Source: Spirogloea muscicola (taxonomy: Eukaryota). Taken from it: a stretch of 49,324 bases of DNA. Position numbers and translations under genes: made by a program. Below the pieces are notes generated by a model. It did not search any database. It saw only the letters and a program-made list of their open reading frames with translations, and was not told the DNA's origin. Shown here in pieces: positions 12,174-25,879 of this stretch (the first letter of the stretch is position 1; every line of letters starts with the position of its first letter). Location of the stretch: NCBI GenBank assembly GCA_009602725.1, contig WELB01000014.1:796561-845884 (forward strand), in the 5' to 3' direction.

Positions 12174-15100
12174 ATGAGCTCGGCGGCGGCCATGGCGGCG
12201 TGCCACGGCCTCAGCATCGCGGGCTTGGCCTCGCGGACGTGCCCGCGAGGCTCGCCGAGGGTCGCCGCGGCGGCAGCGGCAGGCAGGGGCTTGACACCGC
12301 ACCCCTTGGCCGCCACGGCGAGGGCCGCGTGGGCCGCGGGGCGCCGCCGGCGCTGCGCTGGCGGCAGGGGCGCCGGCACCGGCAGCCGGCGATGCACCGT
12401 CCACTGCGTCATGGAGGTGAGCGAGGGGGGGCAGCAGGGCGCAATTGTCGCAAGGCAGGGCTTTGGGCCGGCCATCGCCAAAGCGGCGCCTTTGGGACAG
12501 CTCGCATGGTCAAGGCCAGGCTTTGGCTATCGCAGCGGTTGGCCGCCATTTCGCCTGTTCTCTGCACGTTGTCAGCTCTTGGCTGAGCTTCACAGCTGCG
12601 GGCGCTGGATTGACATGCGTGCATGCAGCCTCCGAGCAAGGAGATGGCCCCCAACACGGCCGTGCTGGTGGGGAGCTCGCTGGAGCCGCCGCAGCAGAGC
12701 AGCAGCAACGGAAGCGTCGGCGGCGGCGGTGGCGGCATTGGCGGCGGTGAAGGTGGCGTCGCTGGGCGGGAGTGGCGAGTCCTGCCCGACATGTGGCGCA
12801 CGCTGGCCGACAAGTTCGGCGACAGCGTGGCGCTGTCAGACCACCATCACGAGCCGCCAGCGGACATTACGTACCGCCAGGTGTGGCTCGCCGCTCACCC
12901 CTCGCCCAAAGGCAGGCGAGGATGCTGTGAACTGCAGTGGAGGGGCCGGGGCCCTGATCCACAGCGCCGCCTGTGTCGCCTGCAGCTGGAGGCGACAATC
13001 TCGGACTTTGCGGAGGGCCTGGCGGTGTTTGGCCTAGCCCCAGGCCAGACTGCTGCGCTCTTCTCCGACAACTCGTACCGCTGGATGGTCGCAGACCAAG
13101 GTGGGGCCCCGCTGCTCGCCTGCCCAAGTTGTTGTCTCGGTGCTGAGACTCAGGGGTTTGGGAAGCTGCCTGGTGTCAAGCTGCATGACCGCTTGGCTGT
13201 CTTCCCTAAGGCTCGTCTCACGCCCTCCATCGCCGTCTTGAATGCAGGCGTGATGATGGCGGCTGCCGCTGATGCCGTGCGGGGCGCCAAAGCATCGCCC
13301 GAAGAGCTCGCACACATTGCTGCACACTCCGACAGGTGCATGCACGGTGGTGCCAGCCGGTGTGGCAAGAGCCCGCTGCCGCTGGCCACGGCGGCAGATT
13401 CAGATTCTCAAAGGGAGATTGGGCTCTAAAGTTGTTGTCATCCTCCATGCGCGCAGTTCGGTGCTCATCGTCGAGAATGCGGAGCTCCTGACGAAGCTGG
13501 CGCCAAAGCTCGGACCAGCAGCAGCAGAGCTGAAGTTCGCCGTCTGCCTGTGGGGTGCAGCCCCGGCAGCGGGTGCCGGCAGGCTGCCATTCCCGGCGCA
13601 CACGTACCAGGAGATCCTGGACGCTGGGCGCACCAGCCGTCAGGCCCTGGCCGCCGCCGACGGCCATGGTGAGCCACCTGGCACTTGCGACTGGCGAGCT
13701 GCGCTGCCTTCTACATGTTATTGCTGGTTGCGCCACCTGTCATGCAAGCCGCCCCGTGTGCTTGAGAACGACTTCCTATTGTGGTGGCTCTTGAGCACAT
13801 ATGCAGGAAGTGTTGCACAGTTGTTCTTTATACTGTGCTTAGAAATTCTTGGTTGTAATCGAATTTGTGATAAGTACCTATTTGCTGTTGGAGAAGTGAG
13901 GGCTTGTGCAGCTGGAGCCTTCTGAACCTATGCCAAACATAGCCAGCTGGTTTTGACAGTGGCACAGTGGGCACTTGCAGCAGCGCGGCGGCAGCACAGC
14001 GCAGCGGCATGCCTCCGACCAGACGATGTCGCGACGCTGGTGTACACGTCTGGCACGACCGGGAACCCCAAGGCCGTCATGCTGACGCATGCCAATCTCC
14101 TCCACCAGGTGGGCTCGTCAGAAATGTGACACTGACAACCCCATCCTGCACATGCTGCGGCCATGATTGTGCCTAGGCTAGCAGCTGTGTTGTCTTGACT
14201 GGCATACTGCTTTAGCTGTCAAGCCCGGTGGATTGACTAGGGCTTGCTAATTTCTTGGGGGCTTTGGCACAGGTGAACAATTACCACACGGTCCTCTCGC
14301 CCGCCCCCGGCGACATTGTGCTGAGCCTGCTGCCGCCGTGGCACATGTATGAGAGGTCTGCGGAGTACTATACGCTCAGCCGCGGCGTTCGTCAGGTCTA
14401 CAGCAATGTCAAGCAGTTCAAGGTGCATATGCTGGCCGCGCGCTGCCCTTGCGATTATCTGCCCTGGTTGCTATGCCTGCCCTTATGACCTTCGTGGGCC
14501 CTGGCCTCTGCGGCGGCGTGCTAATGCCAGTCTTGGTGTTGCATGTTGATGACAGGAGGACCTTACGAAGACGTCACCAGACTTCTTCGTGGCCGTGCCT
14601 TTGGTGTTTGACATCCTCTACAAGTGAGCGGGGCCCGTCACCAATTGCTACTATGCATGCTTATTCTCGCACAGCCTGCAATGCAGCCTGTACTTTGAGC
14701 TGTTACCTCGTACAAGTTGTAGCCTTGCAACTTGAGCAGCACCCATGAGGAGGTTGGCCCGCTGGTTGCCTCCATGGCATGGCTGCCGGTGCTGGCCCTC
14801 GTCTTATCACTGAAGTTGCTGCCCAGCTTACACCCCAACATCTGGGCTGGCCTGATGCAGCGGCGTGCAGAAGAAGCTCGCCCAGGCGTCGCCGGTGCGC
14901 GCTGCGCTGGCGAGGTTCTTCATGAGCGCCAGCCAGGCGTACATGGACAACCGGCGCGTCTTCGGGGTGAGTGGCGGCCTGCGCACACGAGCTTAAGCTG
15001 AGTGCTGCTGCAGGCGCTCCCGCAAGAAGCCAATCAGCTGAAAGGCTCGGGAGTATGGCTTTGTGCCTATGCCAGTCAGTCCTTATGCTTGTCCACTCGG

Positions 15101-17917
15101 GGGCTTTTGCAGGGCTTCGATCTGGAGAGCACAAAGCAGAACGTGACTCGGGCGCAGGCGGCGGCGCAGTGGGTGCTGGCGGCGGTCCGCATGGTCGCCC
15201 TCCTACCCCTTCACCTCCTGGCGGTGAAGCTGGTGTACAGCAAGGTCCTTGCTGCCATCGGCATCAACAAGGTGCGGAAAGCCGGCCGCTGTAGTCGGCA
15301 GGCATGCACATAGCCGTTGATGTCATTGTCTGTGCTCCCCAGATGGGCAGGGGCGGCATGGTAGGCTACAGCCACGTGACTCTGGTGTTGTCGAGGTGAG
15401 GTGTCGCTGCTGTGCTCATTACGTTTGACAAGCCTAAGCGCTGGCTGGTCACAGGTGGGAGTCAGTGGGGGCGGTAGTCTGCCTTCGCACGTCGACAAGT
15501 TCTTTGAGGTGAGATACCTGCAGCAGGCCAATCTGTGATGGTCGTACAGTGTTATTGGTCGTTCAGATTCTTCTTGTCAGTCAGTGCTCAGGCATGTGAC
15601 TCTCTTGCATGCTTGACTGAGAAAGAGCTAATGGTTGTTGCATTGATGATCTTGTCTTTGCCGCTTGGTCAGATGGTGGGCATCAAGCTCCTCAATGGCT
15701 ACGGCCTCACCGAGACATCACCAGTGCTCACTGTTAGGACGCCTCGATGCAACGTGAGTGTCATTGCGGTTGCTCTGTTTTCAGCAATGCTACTGTTCAT
15801 GCTGATGATGAGAGGTCTACCTTTGTTTGTGCATGGTGAGGAGGGGGCTATAACTTGATGCTCAGCGTCGTGGCCTGCATTAAACATGTTGAGCCTGATT
15901 GTGGAGGAAGTCAGTGAACGTTCATGTCACCAATGCTTCAGGGGTTGAGTTGAAAAATTGTCGCTTGCTTGTCAGGTTTTGGGCACTGTGGGTGGACCTA
16001 TAAGTGGGGTTGAAATCAAGGTTGTCGATCCAACCACTGGTAAGACGCAACCGGCGGGGATCAAAGGTGTAATCCAGGCCAGGGGCCAGCCAATCATGAA
16101 GGGCTACTATAAGGTGATACTGCAACAGGTTGATGCACGCAGCCAGCCTGGCAAAGGATTCATTCTTATTCGTTCTTAAGTTGTTCTGTGTTATACTTCC
16201 CCTTTGCAAGCTGCAACATGTACATTGTAGTCAGTCCTGGACAACACTGCCCTTGTTGTGACATCTTTCTGTTGGCAGGCAATTGCACACTTTTCTGTGC
16301 TTACCATGCACGTGAGCATACTCCTCATTTGTTTAACAATTCCTGCGGGTGCTTGCAGAATCCCCAAGCCACAGCAAAAGTGATTGATAAGGAGGGGTGG
16401 TTTGAAACGGGGGATCTGGGCTGGATAAGTCCAAGCACGGCTTATGGTGCAGGTCGGAATGCGGGCGGTCTGCTCGTTCTGGACGGACGAGCCAAAGACA
16501 CAATCGTCCTTGCCAATGGTGAGATTTTGCAGGTTGTGGGTCTCAAAGAGCGGCAGAATGAGTAGGAGAAGCAAGGCTGTTGACATGGGCAATGATCAAG
16601 TGAGATGAGGCGGTCCCGTCTTGTCTAAGATTGCGGCAATAAGAGCTGTAGCTTCAGGAGAACACAGAGAAGACCAGAGTGGGCGCATCTCCTTCTGAAA
16701 GAAAGAAAGAAAGAACAATGCCGCTTGAGGATAGAGTCGAGGCATTCCAGCAACACAAGTCATGGCAGTCAGGCTGATGCCACTGCACCTGAACATGGGC
16801 ACCACTGCAGGTGAAAATGTTGAACCAGTGAAGATCGAGGAGGCAGTCTTGCAGAGCAGGGTTGTACAGCAAATCATGCTTGTTGGCCAGGTGAGTCTAA
16901 TTACGGCCAAGTCACCGGCAGGGCCTCCAAATTGATGGAGTCGGTAGAACTTAGTCGGAGCAGGGAAGCAGCAGCTCCTCTAGCCGGTTGGTTGTTAGTA
17001 TTAGCCGTGCATGTTGAGCTTTTCTTGAGCTTGATTCAAATGCCTTTACTACGTCTCATGGTGTCAGGACAAGCGACGCTTGGGGGCCTTGATTGTACCC
17101 AACGATGAGGAGCTGACGGCCGCTGTGAGGAAGATGAAGGCTGACCCCTCTCACCAGCCAACAGAGGAGGAGCGCTACGCGGTAGTGCAGCGCGAGATCA
17201 ATGACACGTAAGCATCTGACCCACAAAGTGATGGCTGACAGATGCACACGTGAGTTGACCAATTACAGCAGTACAACTTTGTAGCGCCAATCCTGCTTGA
17301 TAAGTGAAGGTGCAGAGGTCACACTTCTGCTGCTGATATCTATTGAGCAAGTCTTGAAGTCCTGATAGCCTCGGTCATCTTTGTCAGACAAAATGGTGCT
17401 TTTGTGGTGCAGCCTGACTGCTGGAGGGTGCACTAGCCCTTTCGAGAGGATTGGCTTCTTCAAGCTGCTGAGGGATCCCTTCACGGTGCACATCACTGGG
17501 CTCTGTGCATGCTTTGGCCCTCGCACTGCCTGACATACATAATATTAAATAGCACAGTCGGGGATGGACTGTTTGGTTGGTGCTGTTTCTGCTCCTGTAG
17601 GCCTGGTTAAGCTGCATTGCGTTTTTCTTTGCAAATGGCAGAAGCTGCTTACTTTTGACTTGATTTGATCAGAGTGACTTTGTTAGTATGCTGTTTGCAG
17701 AGGCTGCTTGATTACTGATTCGCAACAAGATTTGAACACAGGCTTGTTGTAGTCTAAGCTGCAAGCCAGAAGATTGTATTGACAGGCTTAGCACGAGACT
17801 GAGTGCACAGTGTATGCATTGCATGCCCAGGTGGAAAGTGGGACCCTTACTCCAACCATGAAGATGCGAAGAGAAGTTATTGCGTCTCGATATGAGGCTG
17901 AGATTGGAAGTTTGTAG
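12174..17917 (+). CDS. Plastid long-chain acyl-activating enzyme / acyl-ACP synthetase (AAE15/AAE16-like, AMP-binding), about 17 exons
   Basis: Transit-peptide-like N-terminus. Motifs [100 protein letters not shown]. Stop at 17915-17917. Confidence 0.93.
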
Positions 17918-19002
17918 CTCCTTGGTCTTGGACACTGTTGCTCATTGTAGTTGTTCAGTGAGTACTTAACCTTTGAAACATATACAGCCCAATTTTTGAG
18001 GTCTAGTGTTTAAGAGCGTGTAGAAATTCCAACTATTAAGTACTGTCAGTTCTGTCCAGCGAAGGCATGAGTTCTCTGCCAATCCGTTGTTATGTCCATC
18101 AATGAACGTGATAACTTAAGTGTTGCTTCAGCTACCTGCAGTGGTTGCAAGCACTGCACAGCCTCATTGATTGTTCCTGTCAGCTTGAAGAACAATTTGA
18201 TTCAAGATTTGGTGTTATGATGTGACCAATCAGACACTGTTATTAAGTTACTCGGTAGCAACGAACCATGGCTTACTCGCTCGTTTTTCAATAGCTATTA
18301 ACACCATCATGGGTCTATTTCTTGTGTAACTTCGACGGCAAGCAAGACGGTAGATGGCATGACCTTGGGTGTGGCCATGCATCAATCTGCCTTGCACACA
18401 GACATCCCCATCAGGCAGAAGCATCATTTGCGCAATAATATTGCAATCCCATCCTCATCCACAAGTGATCCCACAATGGCCGAGTAGTCTTGCCAGTCAC
18501 AGTAGATAAAGCTTGCAGTTGAAGCTGCAAAGTAGCTCTTCAGCTATATAAACATCTGTATGTTGTGTATGAAGAAAAGCTCATGACAAACATAGCAGAC
18601 ATACCACCTCCACTCCGTCTTCGACTGAAGTCAAACACCTAGCCTTTACCTAGTCATTCCACATCAAGCGGCCATGAGCCAAAATGACACATACAAGTTG
18701 GAGCAAACAGGAATGGGTGTCTCCAATTTGCGCGATGGTAATCTACTTCGTATGCATGATTGGTGTGAGCCGATTTGCGAAATTGGTATGAGCCGCCACC
18801 ACACTTTCGCGACACCGTATGTATGCTTTGTACAATCTGTACATATGCAAGCAGTCAAGAAAGTCTTGCACCTATTTGTGACCCAATTTAAGTAAGAATT
18901 CAGAATAGCTAGTGAAAAACGCAAGCCAAAATCACACTAGACAATCCAAATGCACAATGGTTGACCACTACCCTATCAATTATCAGATTGCAACCCTATG
19001 GG

Positions 19003-21134
19003 TCACGAGTCAAGTGTGTCAAGCCACTTCTGGATGAGGTCTGCAGCAAGTTCTGGGCGATCATCGTGTGGGCAATGTCCCACGTCCGGCAGTGGGAGCA
19101 CTCTGACGTTCTCCCTTTGATCCTCCAGATTCTTGAAGTACCTTGCGACCTGGTCAAAGATGAACGTGATCACGAGCTGCTATTAGATAAGTATATACTA
19201 CAGCCAATGCTTGAAAGCCGAGCCTGAATCCAATTAAACGTTCTACCGTTTAAAATAAAGCCATGCCCCATGAGCATGTTGCAAAATTATCCTAGAATCC
19301 AAGACAGCCAATTCAGTATCAAGACTGGGCAATCTACGAAGCACTCCTGAATATTGCCGACAACAACTCCTCTGTGAATTGGCAGTGTGACGCAAATACA
19401 AGATACTCACAGAGCCTGAGGGAGGAGTCCAGGGGTCCTTTTCACCCCAAAGTACCAACACTGGCGCAGTGATGCTCCCCATCAGCACCTCTGGTCGAGG
19501 ACCTGAAATGTTCCGGCTCAATGTAGCACATTAAGAAACACCGTAACATGTTGGGCTACATGACAGTCTGCATCTTTGCATCAGTTTGTGCATGTGGCAA
19601 AAGCTCAATTCACAGGTCTGACCTGGGTGGCCTGTGAAGACCTTGACAAACACATCCAATGCTCCCGGGTGCTCCGAGGGCTCGTACAAAATGTCCACTA
19701 AATGGTCCGTGACTGCTGCCGAGTCGCGATATGCCTGTTCCTGCAGTATTTTCTTGACATTGGATTTGCTGCGGAACCTGCACAACCATCCCCAGGCCAC
19801 TGATGAGCCTATCTCCAGCAACTTCAGCAACATCATCGCACAAGCATCGGGAAACAAGCAACCATGCTTCTGTGTGTCTGTTCCCTTTGTTTGCATGTCT
19901 CCATGGCTGATTGGCAGGAGTACGCTCTGACTTACCAAATGACAAATAATAGTCATGAAACACAGAGGCTAGGGCTCAGGCGGCGTACTTGTTAAAAAGG
20001 AACGAAGCAATTCTTGGCTTCTTCAGCAGAAACTCAATGGCAACGAAGATTGGCCGGAGGTACTTGAGGATAGCCTCGTCCTTCTCAAGGCCTTTCCTGT
20101 TCATTGCCCCAGCACAGTTGAGCAGCACCAAGCCCCTGCTTGGCAGCCAGATACCTTGGATCTCAGTCCTTAGTGTCACAGCGTTGGCAGATTGTCGGAG
20201 CAACCCGGAAGCCAAGCCACTTAGAGCACTCTCCTTCAAGAGCTTCCCAAGCTCTCCTTGATGCACCAAGTGCCTCCGCTCCATTGTGTAAGAACTGCCT
20301 GGCAACCTCAGGGTTTAAGCTATCACAATCCACGCTGGAGAGATGTGTGCATGCATGTGAGGCAGCAATCACCTCGCCGAAACCTGGTTCCTCTTGAAAG
20401 CTCTTGCTGCCGCCGTCAGCGCAGTGAGGGATCCAATGGAGTTGCCGATGAGCACAGCCGGCTCCTCGAGCTCCACTGCAAAGTCTGTGGACAACAGACA
20501 GTGCAGAGGAAGTTTGTCAACAATTCTCTGACTTGGAGATAGGCAAAATCAGCAACGTCCAAAGCCCTTGTGAACGCCAGGATCAAGCAAGTGTGATTGG
20601 CGATTCTGATTAAGCTAAACCTGGACCTAAACCAAGCCATGGACATCCTCATGAGGGGAACAGCATGGGACACACTGAGATGCGTACCGTTGATGATCTC
20701 CGCCCACAGCTCAGGGCCATACTCAGCTCCGGCAGGCTTGTCCGAGTCGCCAAAGCCCAGGAGGTCGATGGCGTAGACGCGGTTGCGATCCGCCAGATGC
20801 GCTATCAAGTTGCGGAAGTGGCCCGCGTTGCTCCCTGCGCGCAGACAACGAAGCCCACAACTTGAGAGTGAATCCTTGCATGGCGAGACTGAGGCTGCTG
20901 CTGAGCGCACACTGCGGTCATGTCCGATCATGCAGGGGGGGCGGGGGGGAGGGGTTCTCACCGAAGCCATGGACGATGATGAGGGGCTTGCCGGAGCCGG
21001 CCACGGCGTAGTTGATGTTGTGCCCTCTGCCACCAACGGCCGAGCGAGACAAGCGAGCAGCTCAAGGAAATTTCTGATGCAAGACGATGCTGACGCCGAC
21101 GCCGACGCCGACACCGACGCCGACGCGGACGCCT

Positions 21135-21195
<61 letters not shown>

Positions 21196-21868
21196 GGCAA
21201 GGTCTGGCCTGCCTCTGCGGTCGTAACTGTGGGCGAGGCCGGCGGCGCTGCCGGTGCCTCACCGCCAGTCCCAGGAGTGGGTGTGGTACGGGAGCGCCAG
21301 CAGGTCCCGCTCGAGCTCGTGCACGGCGCCGACGACGGCGGGCAGGGGGACGGCGGAGTCGACCTCCAGCTCCAGCGGCAGCGAGCCGCCGCGCAGGCCG
21401 CCGGGCCGCGGCGCNNNNNNNNNNNNNNNNNNNNNNNNNNNNNNNNNNNNNNNNNNNNNNNNNNNNNNNNNNNNNNNNNNNNNNNNNNNNNNNNNNNNNN
21501 NNNNNNNNNNNNNNNNNNNNNNNNNNNNNNNNNNNNNNNNNNNNNNNNNNNNNNNNNNNNNNNNNNNNNNNNNNNNNNNNNNNNNNNNNNNNNNNNNNNN
21601 NNNNNNNNNNNNNNNNNNNNNNNNNNNNNNNNNNNNNNNNNNNNNNNNNNNNNNNNNNNNNNNNNNNNNNNNNNNNNNNNNNNNNNNNNNNNNNNNNNNN
21701 NNNNNNNNNNNNNNNNNNNNNNNNNNNNNNNNNNNNNNNNNNNNNNNNNNNNNNNNNNNNNNNNNNNNNNNNNNNNNNNNNNNNNNNNNNNNNNNNNNNN
21801 NNNNNNNNNNNNNNNNNNNNNNNNNNNNNNNNNNNNNNNNNNNNNNNNNNNNNNNNNNNNNCGGCCAT
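19003..21868 (-). CDS. Alpha/beta-fold hydrolase (pheophytinase-related family), first exon interrupted by an assembly gap
   Basis: WDWRGHNINY..GKPLIIVHGFG, RVYAIDLLGFGDSDKP, nucleophile motif GNSIG, VLWGEKDPWTP, GHCPHDDRPE. Stop at 19003-19005. Candidate ATG at 21868, just beyond the gap. Confidence 0.88.
21092..21193 (+). repeat. (GACGCC)n hexanucleotide microsatellite, about 17 units, intronic
   Basis: Directly visible within an intron of the hydrolase gene. Confidence 0.95.
21415..21861. other. Assembly gap (N run)
   Basis: Ns in the sequence. Confidence 1.
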
Positions 21869-22150
21869 GCCGCGGCGGCGGGGGAGCTCCAAAGCCCGAG
21901 TCCGGGCGCCTGCGGTCGCCGGCCCGCCGTTGGCCTCTGCTCCGCGCGCCGCCCGAAGGCACGCGGGGGAATAGCCCGGACTGACGGCGCCCCGCGCCGA
22001 CAAGCCCGCCGCAGAGCCCGCAGCACAATCCGCCGCGACGCCCGCCGCAGAGCCCGCCGCAAACGTAGCCGCAGGAGCCGCCGCCGCTCGCCGCGGGCGA
22101 CAACTGACACGACGGACGAACTATCCACCAGCTTCCGCCGCACGAGCAGT

Positions 22151-22212
22151 GCCACGTGGCGCGCCTCGGGCTGCACGGGCTACGTGGCCGCTTCCATTAG
22201 CAGCACACGTGC
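22151..22212. promoter_or_regulatory. G-box/ABRE-like cluster
   Basis: GCCACGTGGC at 22151-22160, TACGTGGC at 22181-22188 and CACGTG at ~22206, about 300 bp upstream of the hydrolase ATG. Confidence 0.45.
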
Positions 22213-22487
22213 GGGCGGGGGGGGGCGCCCGGTACTGGTCGCCGTCGGTTTGGGGGGCGGCCGTCAGATGACGCCCCGCTGACGGCCGGATAGTCTCACT
22301 CGTCACCGTTGGTGCCCCCCCGTCTTGACCCGAAGGTTCCACACGGCGAAGAGAAGGCGTGATGGCTTGTGTCCAGGCCAAGCCGAGCCGGCAGACTGTT
22401 CGGGCACAGACCAAAGCATTGCGGCGGCTAGTCTTTCTGGCTCTCCCCATGGGGGCAAGGGCAGCCCAGCATCTCCGACCTGCGGCT

Positions 22488-22810
22488 GCTTAGCAGAGGT
22501 TACTGAGTGATTCTCCTGTAGCTCTTTGGATTTTGTCCATTCTTTTTGGGCTGGCTTCTGCCAGCCCCTCTCTTCTATGGGCGAGCTCTTGGTTGTGAAA
22601 AGCCAGCCCGAAAAGCATTGACAAAGGTACGGGGGAGCCACAACGACGGAGGGGCCTGAAAATGCTGTTTCTGGCTTGCGGCTGACTTCAGGTGTGAAGT
22701 GTATCCTACATCGCCCTTGCTTAGTCGTGTGTTTCAGCGCTTTACGGCCCCTTCGGACCTTGTCTTCTCTTCGGTCTGGCTTTTCACAGCCCTCGCCGCC
22801 TTGGATGAGC
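22488..22810. repeat. Cluster 3 of the dispersed motif (22521-22588+, 22591-22636-, 22746-22810+) plus a 26-bp block identical to 6686-6711
   Basis: gcttagcagaggttactgagtgattc is exact in both places and is followed by the GGGCTGGC motif in both. Confidence 0.8.
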
Positions 22811-23845
22811 TTGCTTCTTTGAAGGTTAACGAGATGGGGAGGAGTAGGGTCCCTCGACGTCTGCCAGCCCCGTGAGAGCTCCACCGCATCCACCGGACCG
22901 ACGGGGGGCTGGCTAGCGCTCGACACGAGCACCGCCATGGCGGCTTCCAGAGCGGAGCGCCTTGGCGGAGCCAAGCCCCCTCGGGAGGCCCCAGTCGTGT
23001 CGTGCGCCCTGCTCCCCACGGCCCCAAAATACGCCTTGCCGCCGACAACTCGCAGCAGAAGTCCATGTCGGCGTCTGCAGGCACTTTTCCTACCGGTGTT
23101 GGTCCGAGGTTCATTATTATTGGTGAAGGCTTCGGTACCAAAGCCCCCTCAGTCGTCCGTTCGCCATTCGTCCTTAGCCCCTTTCAGCCAGAAGCTTTGC
23201 TCGCGTAGCTCCGCACTTTCTACTTCCTTTGCCTTGTGCATGGACAGTATGTTGGCTCGGCTTGACCTCTCCTTCTCAAGTCATATGCACCATGCGCCTT
23301 CTTTCTCTTTGGTCCTCGCTTACAAGTTGGTTCCACTCGCCCTGTACTTGTGTTGGGGCCAGCCAATCCATGCCATTGTCCCAGTGGAGCAGCTACGACT
23401 GGAGTACACCTAGCTTTGCCAATGCCAAATGGCAGGAAAGCCACTTCTTCCAACTTTGCCAGCAGTCATGCTATCCTGTCAAGTGTGTCGTCACCAGGAC
23501 GACGCATTTGACAGGTCACTGGACAGCAGGATATGGCAGCCCCAATCCGATAGCGCGGTGTAGCGTTGACCTCATTGGCCTGTCTTCCTCACGCCCCTAC
23601 CTCAGTAACCTTGCTAGCGCCTGGCTTCTGTATGAATTCTCTTTACTCCCTGTTCACATCCACCCACAGCCAGTGAGCTTGGCAGAGCGTCTACTTTGTC
23701 TTGCTGTAAATGTCTCCATTGCTTGACGAGATATCGCTCATGAAGATGCTGGCGTCAGAGTCCATAGACGGGACACACAATGCAAGGGGCAAGCGGCTGA
23801 GGGGGGAAGGTTAGAAGAAACAGGGTGTCTCTTTACCCTGCTTGC

Positions 23846-25696
23846 TCAGGCCTTGGCAACAAACTCCACGTCAAAAAGCAGGACCGAATTTGGTGGGATG
23901 ACACATGAGCCTGCGCAAGACGAGGGGGATTGTTGTGGGCAGGTCGGCTGCGAGTATCATGACTGAGCCTCGTCTTTCAGTACTTCACCTTACTGATGCA
24001 ACTTAGAACCAAAGAGTCAGACAAGTGAGGAGGACAGAGGAGGAAAGAGTCAGAGAGCAAGGGGGGGAGGACAGCGGTATATTGCAAGGAAAGGGAGGTT
24101 GAATGGAGAGGGAAAGAGTAAGGTAAAGAGCCAGCCAGAGGAGAGGGGCAAAAGACAGCACCTCCTCTGCAACCTGCACCCCTGGCGCCGTACCCGAGCT
24201 CTGCCGGAATCTGGAGAGTGCGCTTACCACCTACCAAAAGCAGTTTCCAAAGTATGGTGCTCAGCGGAAGGAATGCTGCTCATCAAGTGAGCGATTGGTG
24301 CCAGCCATCCGGAGCGTCACAGAGCACCACTGCAGCAGGCTGACTGTCAAGCAACTTCCTGCATGAGCCAGCCCTCGGCAGCGTGGACCTACCTGCCAGC
24401 ATGGGTGGGACGCCGTCTGTTCCAGCAATCCCCTGGTCCCAGCCACGAATCACCTGCACAGAGGCCCTCGCATGGGGGACTACTGTCAGCTGCGTATGCT
24501 GAGGCGCGATAGTAACCACAGATGGTCATGCGCTTGCCCAAGTGCTAGTGCAGTCATTGCCCCTCGACCAGCTTCACACCTCCGTCCTGGCTGCACCGAC
24601 TTGGCAACTAGGATAACCTCAAGAGCTCTCTGGCCATTACCTGCCCCTGTATGACAGCTTGTACTGTGCATGCACGAACCTCAGATAAAGGCATGAGATG
24701 CACAGAGGGAGGGGGGAGGGAGGGAGGGCTCACAGATGAGATGGTTAAAGATTGGGGAGAGGAGGGAAGCAGAGGACGAGAGAGAGAGAGGAGGAGGCAA
24801 GGGGATGGAGGAGGAGTTAGGAAGCCTCAGGGAAGAGGGAGGAGAGTGGGAGGGAGGAGACGGGGGGAGAGAGAGGGCTACAGGGAGAGATAAGGAGGAG
24901 GCAGGACAGTCAGAATATGAAACTCAATAGAGGGAAGGCTAACGTAGAAGGCTGACCTCGCCAACACCGATGCGAAACACGAGGGGCTTCCCCCGGCCGT
25001 AGCTGCTGTCGAAGACCTTTCCGTTCAGAAGCTTGCCAGTGTAATGCGCCTGGAGCAGTATGGCAGATGGAGGTCCAGCACTTGGTCAGAGCAGTAGCCA
25101 CATTGGTGGGACGTCGGAGTGAACGGCGGCTTGGTGGGGAAGGGCTTCGTCCGGCGCTGGCTATGGGGACAGGCTGTGGTCAACTATTGCGATGCCGCTG
25201 TGAGCGTTGAGAGGTGGAACATCACACGACGCAAGTGGCGAAGTAGCGGAGGCGCGGGAGCGGCAGCTGGCATCAGACGTCGAGGCGGCCATGGTCAGAC
25301 CTTGATGAGCATGCCCTTCTCGGCTGCGGCGCCGGTTCCGACGGCGGTGTCGCAGAATGCGAGGCCTGACGGGCTGCTCTTGAGCTCGCAGGCGGCAGGA
25401 GCGGCCGCCGCCGCCGGCGCCGCCGCAGCCACGCCGGCGCCGATGGCAGCCGCGGCCGCTGCGGCGGTCGCCAGCGCGGCTGCGCTCCGGAAGACGGCGT
25501 CCCGCCGAGTGGTCGCGTCGGTCGAGCTCCTGGCGTCGGCAGTGCCGCTGCCACTGCCACCGGTCGCAGCCGCCGCTCGGATGGCCACAAGCGGCGAGCG
25601 GGGCGGCGCGCCCACGGCGCGGCGGCGCTCGACTGCGCCGATCGCGCAGGGCACCACTGGCGCAAGCGCGGCAGAGCAGAGCGCCATGGCGGCCAT
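23846..25696 (-). CDS. FKBP13: Thylakoid-lumen FKBP-type peptidyl-prolyl isomerase (FKBP13-like), 5 exons
   Basis: Bipartite transit peptide with a twin-Arg (TRRDAV) and an Ala-rich tract. [90 protein letters not shown], with both Cys pairs of FKBP13. Confidence 0.92.
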
Positions 25697-25879
25697 GACA
25701 AGAGTCGAGCGGGGGAAGGGGGGGTATCCAGTGGTCACAGCTTAAACCCTCAGACGCTAAACCCGCTCACACAGAACCCTAGTTTCAGAGCCCAGCCTCG
25801 CCGCCGCCACCGCCGCCGCCGCGAGCGCCATGTAGCCAGCGGCGGTCGCGGCGGAAATTGCGGCGGCGGCGGGGAAGTN

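Noticed and set aside
20958..22282. Long ORFs spanning N runs and PT/DA/GV dipeptide repeats (also 28711-30008)
   Set aside because: Artefacts of assembly gaps and an intronic GACGCC microsatellite.
22937..23726. Possible retroelement or chromodomain coding remnant
   Set aside because: Frames are interrupted by stops, with no convincing RT, integrase, transposase or chromodomain motif.
24700..24910. Purine-rich tract (also 24020-24150 and the CT-rich 29740-29960)
   Set aside because: Low-complexity intronic or promoter sequence with no further structure.
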